Assembly (NCBI GenBank): GCA_964252035.1
Contig: OZ176205.1
Strand: one strand, 5' to 3'
Length of the DNA stretch: 64,000 nt
Source of the DNA: Podarcis erhardii
Taxonomy: Eukaryota
The notes below the pieces were generated by a model. That model was not told the DNA's origin, made no database searches, and was given only the letters and a program-made list of their open reading frames with translations. Below, piece after piece: positions 1 through 12,289 of the stretch; within the stretch, counting starts at the first letter, position 1; the number at the start of each line of letters is the position of its first letter. A program made the translations under genes and the position numbers.

Positions 1-284
1 TATGCAGCCTCAGGAAGGTTGCACATGAAGGAGTTGTTATTATTATTATTATCATTATCATTGTTATTTACCTGTCAGTGTCACCCTGACAGGTGGGTGA
101 CAATAATTAAAGCACAGTGTTTAAAACAACCTCCAATCAAAGAAAGAAGATGGGCCTAAGTATATACATCTCAGGTGTCAACAACCATTGTTTATCAGAC
201 TTTCGGCTGATAAGTGTTCCCCATCCCTGGCTTGCGAAATAAAGGGAACTTGTCCTCACTCCTCCCCCTCCATTTTCTCTCCAG

Positions 285-507
285 GATCCGTCCTCAGATG
301 CCAAAGGAGAAGATAGAAGGATGCCACATCTGCACATCAGTGACACCTGGCGAACCCCAGGTGCTCCTGGGAAAGGACAAAGCCTTTACCTACGACTTTG
401 TCTTCGACCTGGATACGTGGCAGGAACAAATCTACACAACCTGTGTGAGCAAACTCATCGAGGGCTGCTTCGAGGGGTACAATGCGACTGTGTTGGCATA
501 TGGCCAG
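285..507 (+). CDS. KIF21B: KIF21B exon 2 (kinesin motor N-part)
   Basis: ccag|G ATC CGT...GGC CAG|gtaggt; 223 nt; encodes [26 protein letters not shown]...NATVLAYGQ, near-identical to human KIF21B. Confidence 0.97.
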
Positions 508-2420
508 GTAGGTGGCTCCTTTACCGTCTTCATAGCCTCTGCCAGGAGCTGTTCAGGGTATTTGTTGCCTTTTCAGGTTTATCATCTTAATTTAGCATGG
601 AACAGTCTTTGTCTGAAAGAGGGGGAAAATAGGAAACAACCACTATTAGTGATTGGTTGACTTTTTTGGTGGTTGTTATTAGGAAACAGAACTTTGACAG
701 GCTCCCGAAGCTACTTTCCTGCTCTTCTTTTTTTGAAAATGACTATTTTATGGGAGTGCATCTGTGGAGTGCTGGAGACAGTGGTGACAATGGGGCTGTG
801 GGAAGAGGACACAGCAGATACCTGGGGGAAAGCGAGGTTGTATTTCCATGTGCAGTGCTTGCCATGAATGGATCACACATGTATTAGTCCAGTCATGACT
901 GTTGTCTGCATTGCTGATAGTTAAGGGAAAAGCTGAATTTATTCTGGGGGTCAGATTATGGCTGTGTATACACCAAACAAGCTTCCACCCAAAGAATTCT
1001 GGGAGCTGAAGTTTGTTAAGGGTACTGGGAGTGGTAGCTCCCTGGGGGTAAACTACAGTTCCCATGATTCTTTGAAGGGAACCATGTGCTTTTACTGTAT
1101 GGTGGTTACTAAGCCTCTGTGCACTTAGATCTTTTCTTCCTTTCAACATCAAACTCAAGGTGGGGTTCCCAGGTAGCCTGCCATCCAAGCACAGACCAGC
1201 AAAGTTGCTGCATCACGTGCCTTCATACTGTACTCTAGAATTTGGTGGGTGCACATCTAAACCTCTTCAAAACCCTACAGGTGCTTCCTGAGGCCAAATT
1301 GCCCAAAGATGGAACCACGTTTTTATGTTTGTGAAATAATTGCTTCAAAGATGGTGGTGGCTTGAGGGGAGGTGGTAGTGGGGAAATGTTTTTTGGGGAA
1401 GGGTTGATACTTTGCATTATAAACTAATTTCTTAAACCTTCAGAAAAGGTGAAACCCACTTCAGACACTTGCTTAGAGAAGCAGAACAAGCCAGTGGGTT
1501 AGTGGAAGCTGGTACAATGGGATTTTCCCGCACGTTACTCTGTTCTCTCCCCAAATCTGCTGCTGGGGTGGGGAGATCCATTAGAACAACATGCAGGAGA
1601 AGAAGAGCCTGTTCCATTGCACAAGCAGAAATGCTTGCACTGATGGGAAAATCTCTTTAGTGCTACATTGAAAAAGGCAAAAGATTTATATGATCTGAAG
1701 AGAAACCAGAGTGCTAAATTAAATACAACCCAATGTATTGGTATGACTTGAGTAACCACACTGAGGCTTTCCCAAGATTTTTTTGCCAGTAACCCCGCAA
1801 GTTTCTCCAGTATTTAGCTGTTGAAGGCTGTCTTGGTCATAGATATTTATTAAGAGTGACATATGCTGCATCTGAACAGCTGGAACAGAGGTTTTCTCCA
1901 GAGGCATGAATATTAATAGCAGCAAAATAGATCTTCTGACTGCAATTTTTAAAATTGACCTTAATTCTGTAAGGTTGGTGCATTCACATACAGTGAGTGC
2001 CTTCTATCACCTTTCAGAGACCCATTGATAACCAAACAAAGGGCTGCTTCACAAAATTGTGTTGTTTTTTTAAAAAAATGTGGAGATCACTTGAAGATGT
2101 CAGCCTCAGAGGTTTTGTCTTGTGTAATGAGTGAGGAAATAGATAACCATACTGTGTTTGTGTTGCTTGATCCCTCTGGGAAGCTGAGCAGATTGAGCCC
2201 AATGGGAGATGGTCAACAAATGAGCAGTGGTGACAGCGGGGAGGAGGAGGAGGAGGGCCCACACATGGGGTTGCCACACTGAAGGTATCTTGCCCAAGCA
2301 ATACCTGGAGTCAATGCTGATGATGACAAAAAGCTAGCTGGTAGCTGGTGGACACACCCAATTCATTAGTGCAGTGGTTCAGGCTACCATTTGCATCAGA
2401 ATTATGCCAACCTTGAGAAG

Positions 2421-2691
2421 GTAAGAAGAGTCTGCTGGATCAGGTCAGTGGCCCATTTGATTCAGCTTCCACAGTGGCCAACCAGATGCCTGTGGGAAAA
2501 CCACAAGCAGGACCTGAGTGCAATAGTGCTGCCCAACTTGTGATTCCTAGCGACTGGCGTTCAGAGGCAGATAAAAAAATAGCCATCATGACTAGTAGCC
2601 ATTGATATCCTTATTTTCCAAGTTGACGGACATTACTACCGCTTCTGGGAGCAATTTGCATAGTTAAACTATGCACTATATGAAGAAGTAC
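2421..2691 (-). mobile_element. CR1 LINE 3' fragment
   Basis: reverse-oriented CR1 3' end: AAGAAGAGTCTGCTGGATCAGG...CACAGTGGCCAACCAGATGCC...ATAGTTAAACTATGCAC...GAAGAAGTAC. Confidence 0.7.
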
Positions 2692-2974
2692 AGTACGGTC
2701 ATACATTGTGGGGGGGTTACGTTCCAGAGATGGCACATACATGCAAAGATGTGTGTTCTTGAACTGCACTTGCAGAGCTTCCCTACCTTTCTGAGAAAGC
2801 TTTACCCCACTCCCCTTCCAAACAAGCCAAAGACCTTAAAAACTCTGCACTGGGGAAACCTGATGCAGAAAGAGTTTTAAACTCTCCACCTTTTGTGCAT
2901 TTAATTTGCACAATTTCAACTGGCAGGACTTTAGCCATACAAGATTGAAAATGAAATGTCCTGCTGTCGAAGCC

Positions 2975-3006
<32 letters not shown>

Positions 3007-3007
3007 T
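2975..3007 (+). repeat. (CTTT)n tetranucleotide repeat
   Basis: read directly. Confidence 0.85.
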
Positions 3008-3029
3008 GTCCTTCTTAATTTATTTTGTG

Positions 3030-3225
3030 CGCTTATATATCCCACCTTTCCTCCAAGGAGCTCAAGGTGTTGTACATGGTTCTCCCCACCTATTGTATCC
3101 TCACAACAACCCTGTGAGGTAGGTTAGGCAGAGAGACAGTGACTGCCCTAAAGTCACCTAGTTAGCTTCGTGGTCAAGTGGGGACCAGAACCCCAGTGTC
3201 CCAGGTCTTAGTCCAACACTATAAT
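3030..3225 (-). mobile_element. MIR-like (L2-tailed) SINE
   Basis: ATCCTCACAACAACCCTGTGAGGTAGG...AAAGTCACCTAGTTAGCTTC...TAGTCCAACACT. Confidence 0.65.
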
Positions 3226-3429
3226 ATATAGTATATTTTAGCCTGGACATTATATTCTTTTATATCATTTTTTCTATTGGATCATTTCCTTTTCTTCCAT
3301 ATCATATCTCATATACATTTCATATCGCATTGTTGTTGTGTTTATCCCACTGTTGTTTCTCTCCCTCCCCCCAACAATCATTGGCTGAGCCTTTGTTGGT
3401 TTGCACCCTTCTTCCAAGAGACACCACCT

Positions 3430-3592
3430 CAGGAGTGGCACTTTAGCTTCCCAAGAACCCTATGAGGTGGGTGAGCCTGGGAAACATTGGCTTGCTCAAG
3501 GCCACCCAGTGTGTTTCCTAGCTATGTGAGGATCTGGAGCTAGGTTTCCCACGTCGCAGCCCATTGCCCTAGCCATTGCACCACACTGGCTT
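3430..3592 (-). mobile_element. MIR-like SINE (second copy)
   Basis: AACCCTATGAGGTGGG...CAAGGCCACCCAGTG...AGCCATTGCACCACACTGG. Confidence 0.55.
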
Positions 3593-4087
3593 TCACCACC
3601 CCCTTGGGAAAGGGTAGAAGAGAATTTGAAATGTACTAATTAGGTGTAAGAAGAGTGCCTTGCTCAGGTACCTCCCTCTGTGTGGTGGGTTTAAGGAGCA
3701 GCAGAGTTGGGTAGTGAAGAGTCCCAGGGAATCTTCTTCTTCTTCTTTGGCGATCACTTGTAGCCAAGTAAGATTAAACACGGTTTTAATAGTGAGTCTG
3801 TAAGTGAGTGTGGAGGCCAATTCTGGATCCACACATCCTTCCACAGTGGGGACATAGTTTTCTGGGCAGGACTTGATCATAGAGAGGGTTTGCCAAGTGT
3901 ACCTTCCTCTTAGCATGTTTCCCCCTTTTGTCCTGAGTTTGAGCATCTTCAAAGCCCATGACACCTTTGGTAAAGGCTTTTCTCCAGTTGGAGCACTCAC
4001 AGGCCAGTGTTTTCCAGTTGTTGGTGTTTACATTTTTTCACCAGTGAAGCTGGGCTCTCATAAAGCATCTCTTCCATTTACTTTTAG

Positions 4088-4270
4088 ACAGGTGCAGGTA
4101 AGACGTACACCATGGGAACCGGCTTTGACGTGAACATTTCCGAAGATGAGAATGGCATAATTCCACGGGCCATTACCCACCTATTCTCTGGCATCGAGGA
4201 GCGCAAGCGGGCAGCGCAGGAACAGGGTGTGCCAGTACCCGAGTTTAAAGTCAGTGCACAGTTCTTGGAG
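4088..4270 (+). CDS. KIF21B: KIF21B exon 3 (P-loop GQTGAGKT)
   Basis: ttag|ACA GGT GCA GGT AAG ACG...TTG GAG|gtaggt; 183 nt; [12 protein letters not shown]...FKVSAQFLE. Confidence 0.97.
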
Positions 4271-5129
4271 GTAGGTGCCTTGGTGTCTGTAGGGAGATGG
4301 GGGTGTGAGAAGGAGGGCATAAGTTCACATACAGGTATGCCTGAGGCTACTGAATGAAGTGGGCTTCTTTAATTTCTGCAGCAGTAAGTGTGGTGTGGGG
4401 GCACAATTGGATCATCGGTGGTGGATCTGGGTTAACATACAAATTACAGCATGGGGCATGCCTGTACATCCAAGAGTAAGTGAAGGAGATTAAATTAGAA
4501 TTTGCATTTGAAAATGAGGGGGCATGATGCTTCTTCACTCAGGGGCGGAACTTGGCACTTGCTTCCTTTTATACCACCACTATGCTATCATGCACAGAAG
4601 GCCCATTAAAGACGTCGCTTGACCTTGACAATGCTTAAACATTTTCATAGAGGAAATGCAGCTGATTCATGCATCAGTCAACAGATTGCAATAATGATGC
4701 AGATCTGCTTGCTTTGTTCTGTCTGGGGATGCAGCAGCCTCAGCCAACTTAAGATTTCATCTCTCTGGTAGGCTTGTCAGTGGTGAGAGGAGTGAAGAAT
4801 TCCATGCAGCTTTTACATTTATTGCTCCAGACGATTATGAATCTCCAGTTCTTCCAGTTTTTCTTCCTGTTACTGGCCCTGTTCCCTGTAAAATTGTTGT
4901 GATTTGAATTCCTGTTAGAAGAGAACTGCAGATTTGCTGTTGATTACAGAACCAACCTCTCATTCTGTAATCAACAGGGCCAATCCTTAGCTAAATGTCA
5001 AGCTCTGCCTTGATCTTCAAGGCACACTGCAAGTCCAAATACCCATTTCTATTATTTTGTACCTGTGGAGCCCTTCATGAATCAATGAACCTAGTATCAA
5101 TTCCACTCCCCACCCATGTCTTTGTTCAG

Positions 5130-5279
5130 CTGTATAACGAAGAGATCCTGGACCTCTTTGATAGCTCACGAGACCCTGATTGCCGCCACCGGAAGTCAAA
5201 CATCAAAATCCATGAAGATACCAGTGGTGGGATCTACACCACAGGTGTTACATCACGTCTCATTGGCTCGCAGGACGAG
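5130..5279 (+). CDS. KIF21B: KIF21B exon 4
   Basis: tcag|CTG TAT AAC...GAC GAG|gtacgt; 150 nt; [12 protein letters not shown]...SQDE. Confidence 0.97.
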
Positions 5280-6599
5280 GTACGTGACCAACTCCTCATA
5301 CATTAGACCTCAGCTTTGTGTTTCATGTTAATTAGTAGCTACAATGTCTTGATTCCATGTTCAATGAAAGTCCTCTTTAGGTATTCCTGATTGTGGGATT
5401 CTAAGTATGTTCAGCCCATTGGATGGAACCAACAGGAACAGGGACATTGGGGGCAGGTTGGGTGGAGCCAGCAGAGACCTTGGTGTGTGCAGCCCTACTG
5501 GCGCTCAACTGTTTATGCCCTTGTGAGTTTTTTGAATGCCTGGAGAGGGCTTAAGATGGCAGTCTCCACTTCAGCTATCATTATGCGTCTAATGTAAGTG
5601 AGTGGGTGTGTTGCAGTGGGTGTGCATGTGGTGCAAATCTTATGAGGTGGTTAAAGAGTTCTAAGCTGTAAGTGATCTTGAGTATGTGCTGCGAGAATAA
5701 GCCATGGCTGTTTTCTCATGGAAACTTTATGAGATGAGAATTCCTTAGCTGTGTTTCAGGCTGCTGCTTAATTGTATCCTGATCTCACTGCAGATGCTAC
5801 CAGCCGGCATGGCAGAACTCAGTTGTTTGCGTGCTTTATTTGGGTGGAGTCCATAACATAACCCACTTTTCAGCCATGAGTCAGCTCTCTAATTCTTATG
5901 CATTTTGCTTTTAATAATGCGGAATATCCTCCTTAAACTTTCTGGTGGTTTTTCCACATTTCTCCCCCTTGGTGGAAATGATGATCCCTTTCTTCTAGCT
6001 GCTATTCTATATGTTGGAATATAGAATATCCTATATATTGGAATATAGAATATGGTTGGGAGCATTACGAGTTTCACTAATATTTGTTTATCACAGTGAT
6101 CCTGGATAGTAGATAATCTCTTTGTTCCTTTGCAGGGTCTGAGAGCTGCTAGAATTTATATGCAGGTCCTGCATCTATTTCCCCAGTTACGATTATTATT
6201 TTATGTAATGCGTAAAACTTCTTTTCCACCAGCAAGGATGATAGAGCCACCCCTTCCCACCTGCAAGACAATAGCAGCCAGGAAAGGGTTTTATTTCACA
6301 GAAGTTCCCACTCTGGGAATTTATACTTCATGGTGGCATGGTGGCATAGATCTTTCTATAGTAAATAATATAGTTCCCGAATGTTAAGACGAAGCTCACA
6401 CCATCACACACAACCTGCAGATACCGTATAAAATTCATTCACAATATAAAACGCATCAAATAATTCACAATCCATATTTGCAAATATCTATTCGTGAGTG
6501 CGATTCTTCTGGAAGGCAATGAACAGCTGCCATTACTCTAGTGAATTTATCTGCATGAATCCTCACTTTTCTCGTTTGAAAGATACTCGTCACTGTCTC

Positions 6600-7190
6600 C
6601 ATAACGGCTAGGGTCTGGTATCTTTTTAAACCACATTTAATCACTGGGAATTTCTGTATGTTTCCAGACATTTGCAATGCATAACCTAGCAACCATCAAT
6701 AGATATGACAATGCTTTTCTTGAATATGAAATTTTAATATTCCAAGTCAGAATTCCTTTGGCCTTGAAGGGCAGTACATAACTAGTAATTAAAGTCATTA
6801 TATTTAATATCCTATACCAGAAATATTTAATTTTGAGCCAATTCAACCACATGGGTAAGAATGCTCCTCTTGAGCCACAATTTTTCCAGCAGGAGCCCCA
6901 AGCACGAACAATATTTCTACCTCCCCAAAGACTAAGGAATATACACCATCTAGCAACCCATATAGAATGTGCCCCTCTCATAATTTTTTCCTTCACTGAG
7001 TTCTTGTATGTGCCTTTTTTCAGTTTGCAAACCTGATGGGCAGGCTTTTTCTGTGTGTCACTTTCTTTTTTTAATTGATGCATGTCGTTTTCAGATACAA
7101 TAATTTGTCTGAAAAGCAGGCTAAAAATATAGGAAATAATTTGCTTATGCAAATAGGACAAAAAAGCCCATTTCAGAACTCTAACCATTA
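6600..7190 (-). mobile_element. decayed L1/Tx1-like LINE ORF2 C-terminal fragment
   Basis: ORF 6637-7188: CWKNCGSRGAFLPMWLNWLKIKYFW resembles the L1 CWxC...TFxHMWWxCxKIxxFW knuckle; LLMVARLCIANVWK resembles LLxAARxxIAxxWK; AT-rich; boundaries approximate. Confidence 0.6.
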
Positions 7191-7691
7191 TAATTCAATT
7201 GAACATTTAATTATTTCTTACAGTGAGAAATTAATATCTCTTCCCATAATTCGCCTTGAGTTTCTAGATATCATGGCCTTCATTTGATTCAGATGCACAG
7301 TTCATATATTGCCAGAGCTCTTAGGCAATTGTTTCAGAGTTTAGATAAGAGAGTGTCTTAATTACAAAGAAGCTGAAACATTGGCACTCTCCTTCTATTT
7401 TCCCTTTCGGCGCTTGGTCTTCATGTACAGTGAAACTACTGTCCTGCCACAATACCTTAAAACTCACCAAGGCAATTTCTGCAGTATTGAAAAATGCCTC
7501 ATTTTGGTAGTTGAAAGTCTTTAAGAAGAGTGTGGCATGATCACATTTGTATTTCATTCCAGACCTTTAAGAAAACGGTTATCTTTCTATTAGTTCATGG
7601 AAGCAGTACAGGTGTCTATAATAAAGACCCCTGAAAGGGGTGTAAAGACATTTCTGTTCAAACTGCCCTTTCTGCATCTCCCCACCCCTTT

Positions 7692-7855
7692 GGGAAGAGG
7701 GTCTGTTGCTGAGTGGTACAGCATCCTGCATTCAGAAGATCCCTGACATCTCTGGGTAGGGCTGGGAGAGACCCCTGTCTAAAATCCCGAAGATCTTCTG
7801 CCAGTCAGTACTGAGCTAGAGGGACCCAAGGGTTTGACTCAGTTCAGTATGTTAC
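7692..7855 (+). mobile_element. Squam3-like SINE (decayed)
   Basis: GCTGAGTGGTACAGCAT...GGTAGGGCTGGGAGAGACCCCTG...GCCAGTCAGTACTGAGCTAGA. Confidence 0.65.
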
Positions 7856-8107
7856 ATACGAAGCTTTCTTGTGCTATCATCTGAATCTGACAAGTGTTGT
7901 CGTTTAATTTAATAGGTAATCCCAGATCCCTGTTCTTAGGTGTCTTCTTTGGCGTATGCTTTAAACTGCTAGTGCATTTGTTGGACAAGCTTAATTTTAT
8001 ATAATATTGACTGGATTTCCTTTCAATTATAAACAACTAAGACAGACAAATTTATTATGGGATAAGCATCTGTGGACATTTGCCTGAAGTATAATCTTCA
8101 ATAGGAG

Positions 8108-8134
8108 GTGTGTGTGTGTGTGTGTGTGTGTGTG
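8108..8134 (+). repeat. (TG)n microsatellite
   Basis: read directly. Confidence 0.9.
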
Positions 8135-8950
8135 CATGCGCACATGGATTGCACCCACACCATACACTTAAAATACATTTGAAGAATTCCCCCAGATAAT
8201 AATGGGAATTGTAGTTTACCCTCCACAGAGCTGGGGTTCATGTGCTTGAAATGCCTGAGGTGGCTGTGACCCTAAGCAGTGGAGGGGTTTGTGTGTCAGA
8301 CATATTATTTATGCAAAAATATTTACCTTGTTGTGTATGTTCCTTTGTATGTTCTTGCATATTTATAAGAAGAAACAGACAAAATCAGTATCTCACTATC
8401 TCTGTCATTTACATATTGACAGTGAAACAAGAAGCAACTAGAAGCATTAGAAACAGGCATTAAAGTCATTACTTTATCAAAGAAATCCAGTCATTCCAAG
8501 AAATCTTGGAAGTTCAGATAAATTTGCAAATCTTATCTAGCCAGGTTTTATGTCCCGGTATAATTTAGTTTATAAAAGTGATCCAATGGTAATAATTAAC
8601 ACCTCCTCAACAAAGTACTAAATTGTATTTGGAGCTATGAGTGTGTGCGATTTTGAGCTGAGAAAAATCCAGAGGAGACAGAGTTGAACAACCCTACCAA
8701 CCTGGCCTCCTCGTCACTCTTCCTGTCAGGAGAAAGAGACACACGCATGTCAGATCTAGCTGGATCCTGATTGTTATAGTCCTGTAGGGGGCTGACTTTC
8801 GCAAGAGCTAATGATGAAATAGCGTCCAGCAGGAAGCTGTACGCCTGTTCAAGCAAGGTTGAAAAATGATTCAGTTTGCTTTTGTGTGTGCATGTGTTGC
8901 ATCTTGGTAGAAAGCGTAACCACCATCCCTAATCTCTTCTGTCCCTGCAG

Positions 8951-9085
8951 CTGATTCAGTGCCTGAAGCAGGGAGCTCTCTCTCGAACCACAGCCAGCAC
9001 CCAGATGAATGTCCAGAGCTCCCGCTCCCATGCCATCTTCACCATCTACCTTTGCCAAATGCGCGTCTGCTCCCCTGTACACTTG
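8951..9085 (+). CDS. KIF21B: KIF21B exon 5 (switch [12 protein letters not shown])
   Basis: gcag|CTG ATT CAG...CAC TTG|gtaagg; 135 nt; [32 protein letters not shown]. Confidence 0.97.
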
Positions 9086-9176
9086 GTAAGGACATGAGAA
9101 GGGGAGGACAGGGGTGGAGCAGTTGCAGAATCCATTACCCCTCAGGAAATGATTCTGGGGTATGTTCCGATTGCAG

Positions 9177-9344
9177 GTGAATGGAGACTCCAACAGTCTC
9201 CTGGAGGGATCCCAGCCTTCTAGTGAATATGAGACGCGAACAGCCAAATTCCACTTTGTTGACCTGGCTGGCTCAGAGAGGTTGAAGCGGACTGGTGCAA
9301 CTGGCGAGAGAGCCAAGGAAGGGATCTCCATCAACTGTGGTTTG
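9177..9344 (+). CDS. KIF21B: KIF21B exon 6 (switch II, DLAGSE)
   Basis: gcag|GTG AAT...GGT TTG|gtatgg; 168 nt; [33 protein letters not shown]. Confidence 0.97.
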
Positions 9345-9537
9345 GTATGGCCTTTATCATACAAATGGGTCAGGATAGATACGACAACAAGTGCCAGGTC
9401 TTGTAATATTTTGCCTGGCAAACCAAGTATTGTCCAGCACCTTTGTTACTGTTTTGGAGTTTGCACAAGCCATGGCTTGGTCTAGGCATATAAGAGCTCT
9501 TTGTTGTAGCATGCAGGCTTCATGGAATGGGATATAC

Positions 9538-9814
9538 CAGGGGGCGGCAAGGTTTACCTCGCCTGGGCCTGTTCACTCCGGTGGAGATCCTTCTGTGGGC
9601 TGGAGCACGCGTGCCCACAATTTCCAGCATCTGCGTCTGTTCAGATGCGATTTCTGGTGCTGCGGAAGTGAGTCCCTGCGCCATGTTGCGCTGGTTTAGC
9701 ACAGTGCGTGGGGACTCGCTGAGTGGGCGACTCAGTTCAGGGGAGGCTTGTGGGCCAGTTAAACGACCCCCATGGGCCACTTGTGGCCCTTGGGCCTTAG
9801 GTTGCCGACCCCTG
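9538..9814. mobile_element. hAT MITE, 277 bp
   Basis: termini CAGGGGGCGGCAA...TTGCCGACCCCTG; 8-bp TSD GGATATAC/GGATACGC, with differences consistent with CpG decay. Confidence 0.8.
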
Positions 9815-10307
9815 GGATACGCAATGAAATCTATGTTGTTTCTGGTGGGCAAGGCTCTGCCCCTGAAGCCACTGAAAATTTAAGAGACAGGGAATTGTGG
9901 AAATGGAACTATAGTATAGTCTGAAAGTGATAGTGACATTTGCAAGCATGTATAAAACAGGTATAATATAGGTGCTTGTATCTTTTTAAAAATGAGTTGA
10001 GATTCTCTAGGGTTGGATGGATGCTTCTGTGAAAGCCAGATTCTGTAGACTAAGGTTCAGTCATGGTGATATAGCAACAAAGTTTATGTGGTTTATATGG
10101 TTCATCCCTGTAATGGAAACGTCATGGTGTTTACCAGTATAAGCTTCAGCCCAGTAAGTGGGGGTGGGGGGCTTATTTGTGACCTCAAAAAGGGAATAGC
10201 TGCTTGACACTGCATTGACTTTTCTATGAGGAATGTATGGTGCCAGAATAAAGGCACAAGGGGAAGTGTCCATCTCTTATTCGCCGACTTGTCCTTTTTC
10301 TTGATAG

Positions 10308-10424
<117 letters not shown>

Positions 10425-11124
10425 TAATGGAAAGAGGCACCAGAACAGTTGTTTGTAGCTTTTGCAGGGTTACTGGCATTGGGGGTTGCAGGTGAGGAGG
10501 CTGTCTGGATTGTGTGTTATAATTAATGCTGCCTGGCCATGGGAGCCCTTAATGAGAGGTCCCAAGGCAAGGCCACAGCAGATGTGCCAAGGAACGTATT
10601 TTAAAACACATCCCGGGCCTCATTTCTTCCTGGGTTCCAAATGTGATTATTGGCTTTTGCAGAATAGATGCTTACATAATATGCCTAAGCTGTTTTTGAT
10701 CCAGAATTCTGGCAACTGTACCTCCTAACATGGGATCACTGTAATCTCTTCTTTCCCCCTCTTTTCTAGTCTGTTTCCTTTTACAGCTGTCCTTCTCCCC
10801 CCCCCCCCCAATTTCCTTCATGTTCTTTGTCTGTCTTATCATGGCCTTTTGAATTTGGGAACTCCTGCTTTCTGTTTGGCAAACTATTTGGTAATTTGCC
10901 CAAGGCAGGGGGCGGGGGCAAGGTTGTTCAGAACTCTTGTCTGAACTCTGATTCACCATTCAGCAAATTGGAGCCTCTGCAGCTGGTTGGTTTGAACTGC
11001 CAGGCTGCCAGCATTGGAAATGGCTTTACCTCTGCACTGCTACTCTCCCTGGGAGGTAGCTGATGTGGCAGGGAGACTAGCAGCCCTCCTGTGCTTGACC
11101 TTATTTGTTCTCCCACCTTCATAG

Positions 11125-11320
11125 CCAAACCATAATGATTGCCTGCGTGAGCCCTTCTGATCGGGATTTTATGGAGACCCTGAATACCCTTAAGTATGCC
11201 AACAGAGCTCGCAACATCAAGAACAAAGTGGTGGTGAACCAAGATAAGACGAGCCAGCAGATCAGTGCCCTGCGAGCTGAAATTGCTCGCCTTCAGATGG
11301 AGCTCATGGAGTACAAGGCG
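11125..11320 (+). CDS. KIF21B: KIF21B exon 8 (motor end and neck)
   Basis: atag|C CAA ACC...AAG GCG|gtaagg; 196 nt; [34 protein letters not shown]...MEYKA. Confidence 0.97.
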
Positions 11321-12099
11321 GTAAGGAGATGTCAGGAGCATTTTGCACTGAGTGGCACAACTTCAGCACTTGAAGTCCCTTGTCCCTAGTGGTGTTTCCT
11401 CTCTCCCCCTCTCTTTAGGAATGTTGCACACCCAGTTAAATTCCCCTGGAGAAAATATCTGAATGCCATATTTGGCCTACTCCCTTTTTTATTTGAAAAG
11501 TTCTAACTCGACAGATGATTTGCTATAGATGAACATTGGCAGGTCTCTTTAGTTTCTCCATCTTCAAAATAGGGATGATAGCAACCTACTTTGTAGAGAG
11601 CAAACCCAGTATATAGTGCACCGCTGAAATTTGAGAACCCAAAGTCCACCATTGCATGATTTTGCCACAAGCTGTTGCTTGTGGTGCACTTTTATTGGTG
11701 GTCTTTTAATCTCTTTTTTAAAAGTTCATGTGATAGATTTTACTGTCTTTTAAAATGCAATACTCTACTGTGAGAAGCCCCAATGATCAAAGACTGGCAT
11801 ATAAACATAAATATAAATCTTTTATGCAACTCTTTAAGAGCTGGTTTGGAAAAACATGGCAGTCACTGAACTATTTCTGCAGGAAGGTGGATTATAAAAT
11901 ACTTGAAAAGTACCCCAACTTCAGAGCCTTCCTGTATGTGCAAGACTGCCATTACAGGCAGAAGGCTTGAGATGACTGAAGTATACTGTGATGATTATGC
12001 CCCTTAATTGGGATGTGCATAGGGCGACTGTCTTCCACCCCAGTCCATGTGCTCTTCAGCCCTTCCTACTGGTGTTTTCATTCATTTCTGTCTCCAAAG

Positions 12100-12289
12100 G
12101 GTAAGCGTGTCATTGGAGAGGATGGCTCTGAAGGCTACAGTGACCTGTTCCAGGAGAATGCCATGCTGCAGAAGGAGAACACCACTTTGCGTATGCGTGT
12201 GAAAGCCATGCAAGAAGCTATTGATGCCATCAACGTCCGTGTCACACACTTGATGAGCCAAGAAGCCAACTTGATTCTTGCCAAGGCAG
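12100..12289 (+). CDS. KIF21B: KIF21B exon 9
   Basis: aaag|GGT AAG CGT...AAG GCA G|gtgagg; 190 nt; [27 protein letters not shown]...LAKA. Confidence 0.96.

Noticed and set aside
2025-2282. ORF with an SGEEEEEG acidic run as an extra KIF21B exon
   Set aside because: Exons 2 and 3 already join with no gap against the human protein; no matching splice sites or homology.
4095-4103. Consensus donor CAG|GTAAGA 10 nt into exon 3
   Set aside because: It arises from the P-loop codons (GCA GGT AAG); use would give a frameshifting 10-nt exon, and nothing suggests it is functional.
6637-7188. 183-aa ORF as a novel host gene
   Set aside because: Better explained as a decayed L1-like ORF2 C-terminus.
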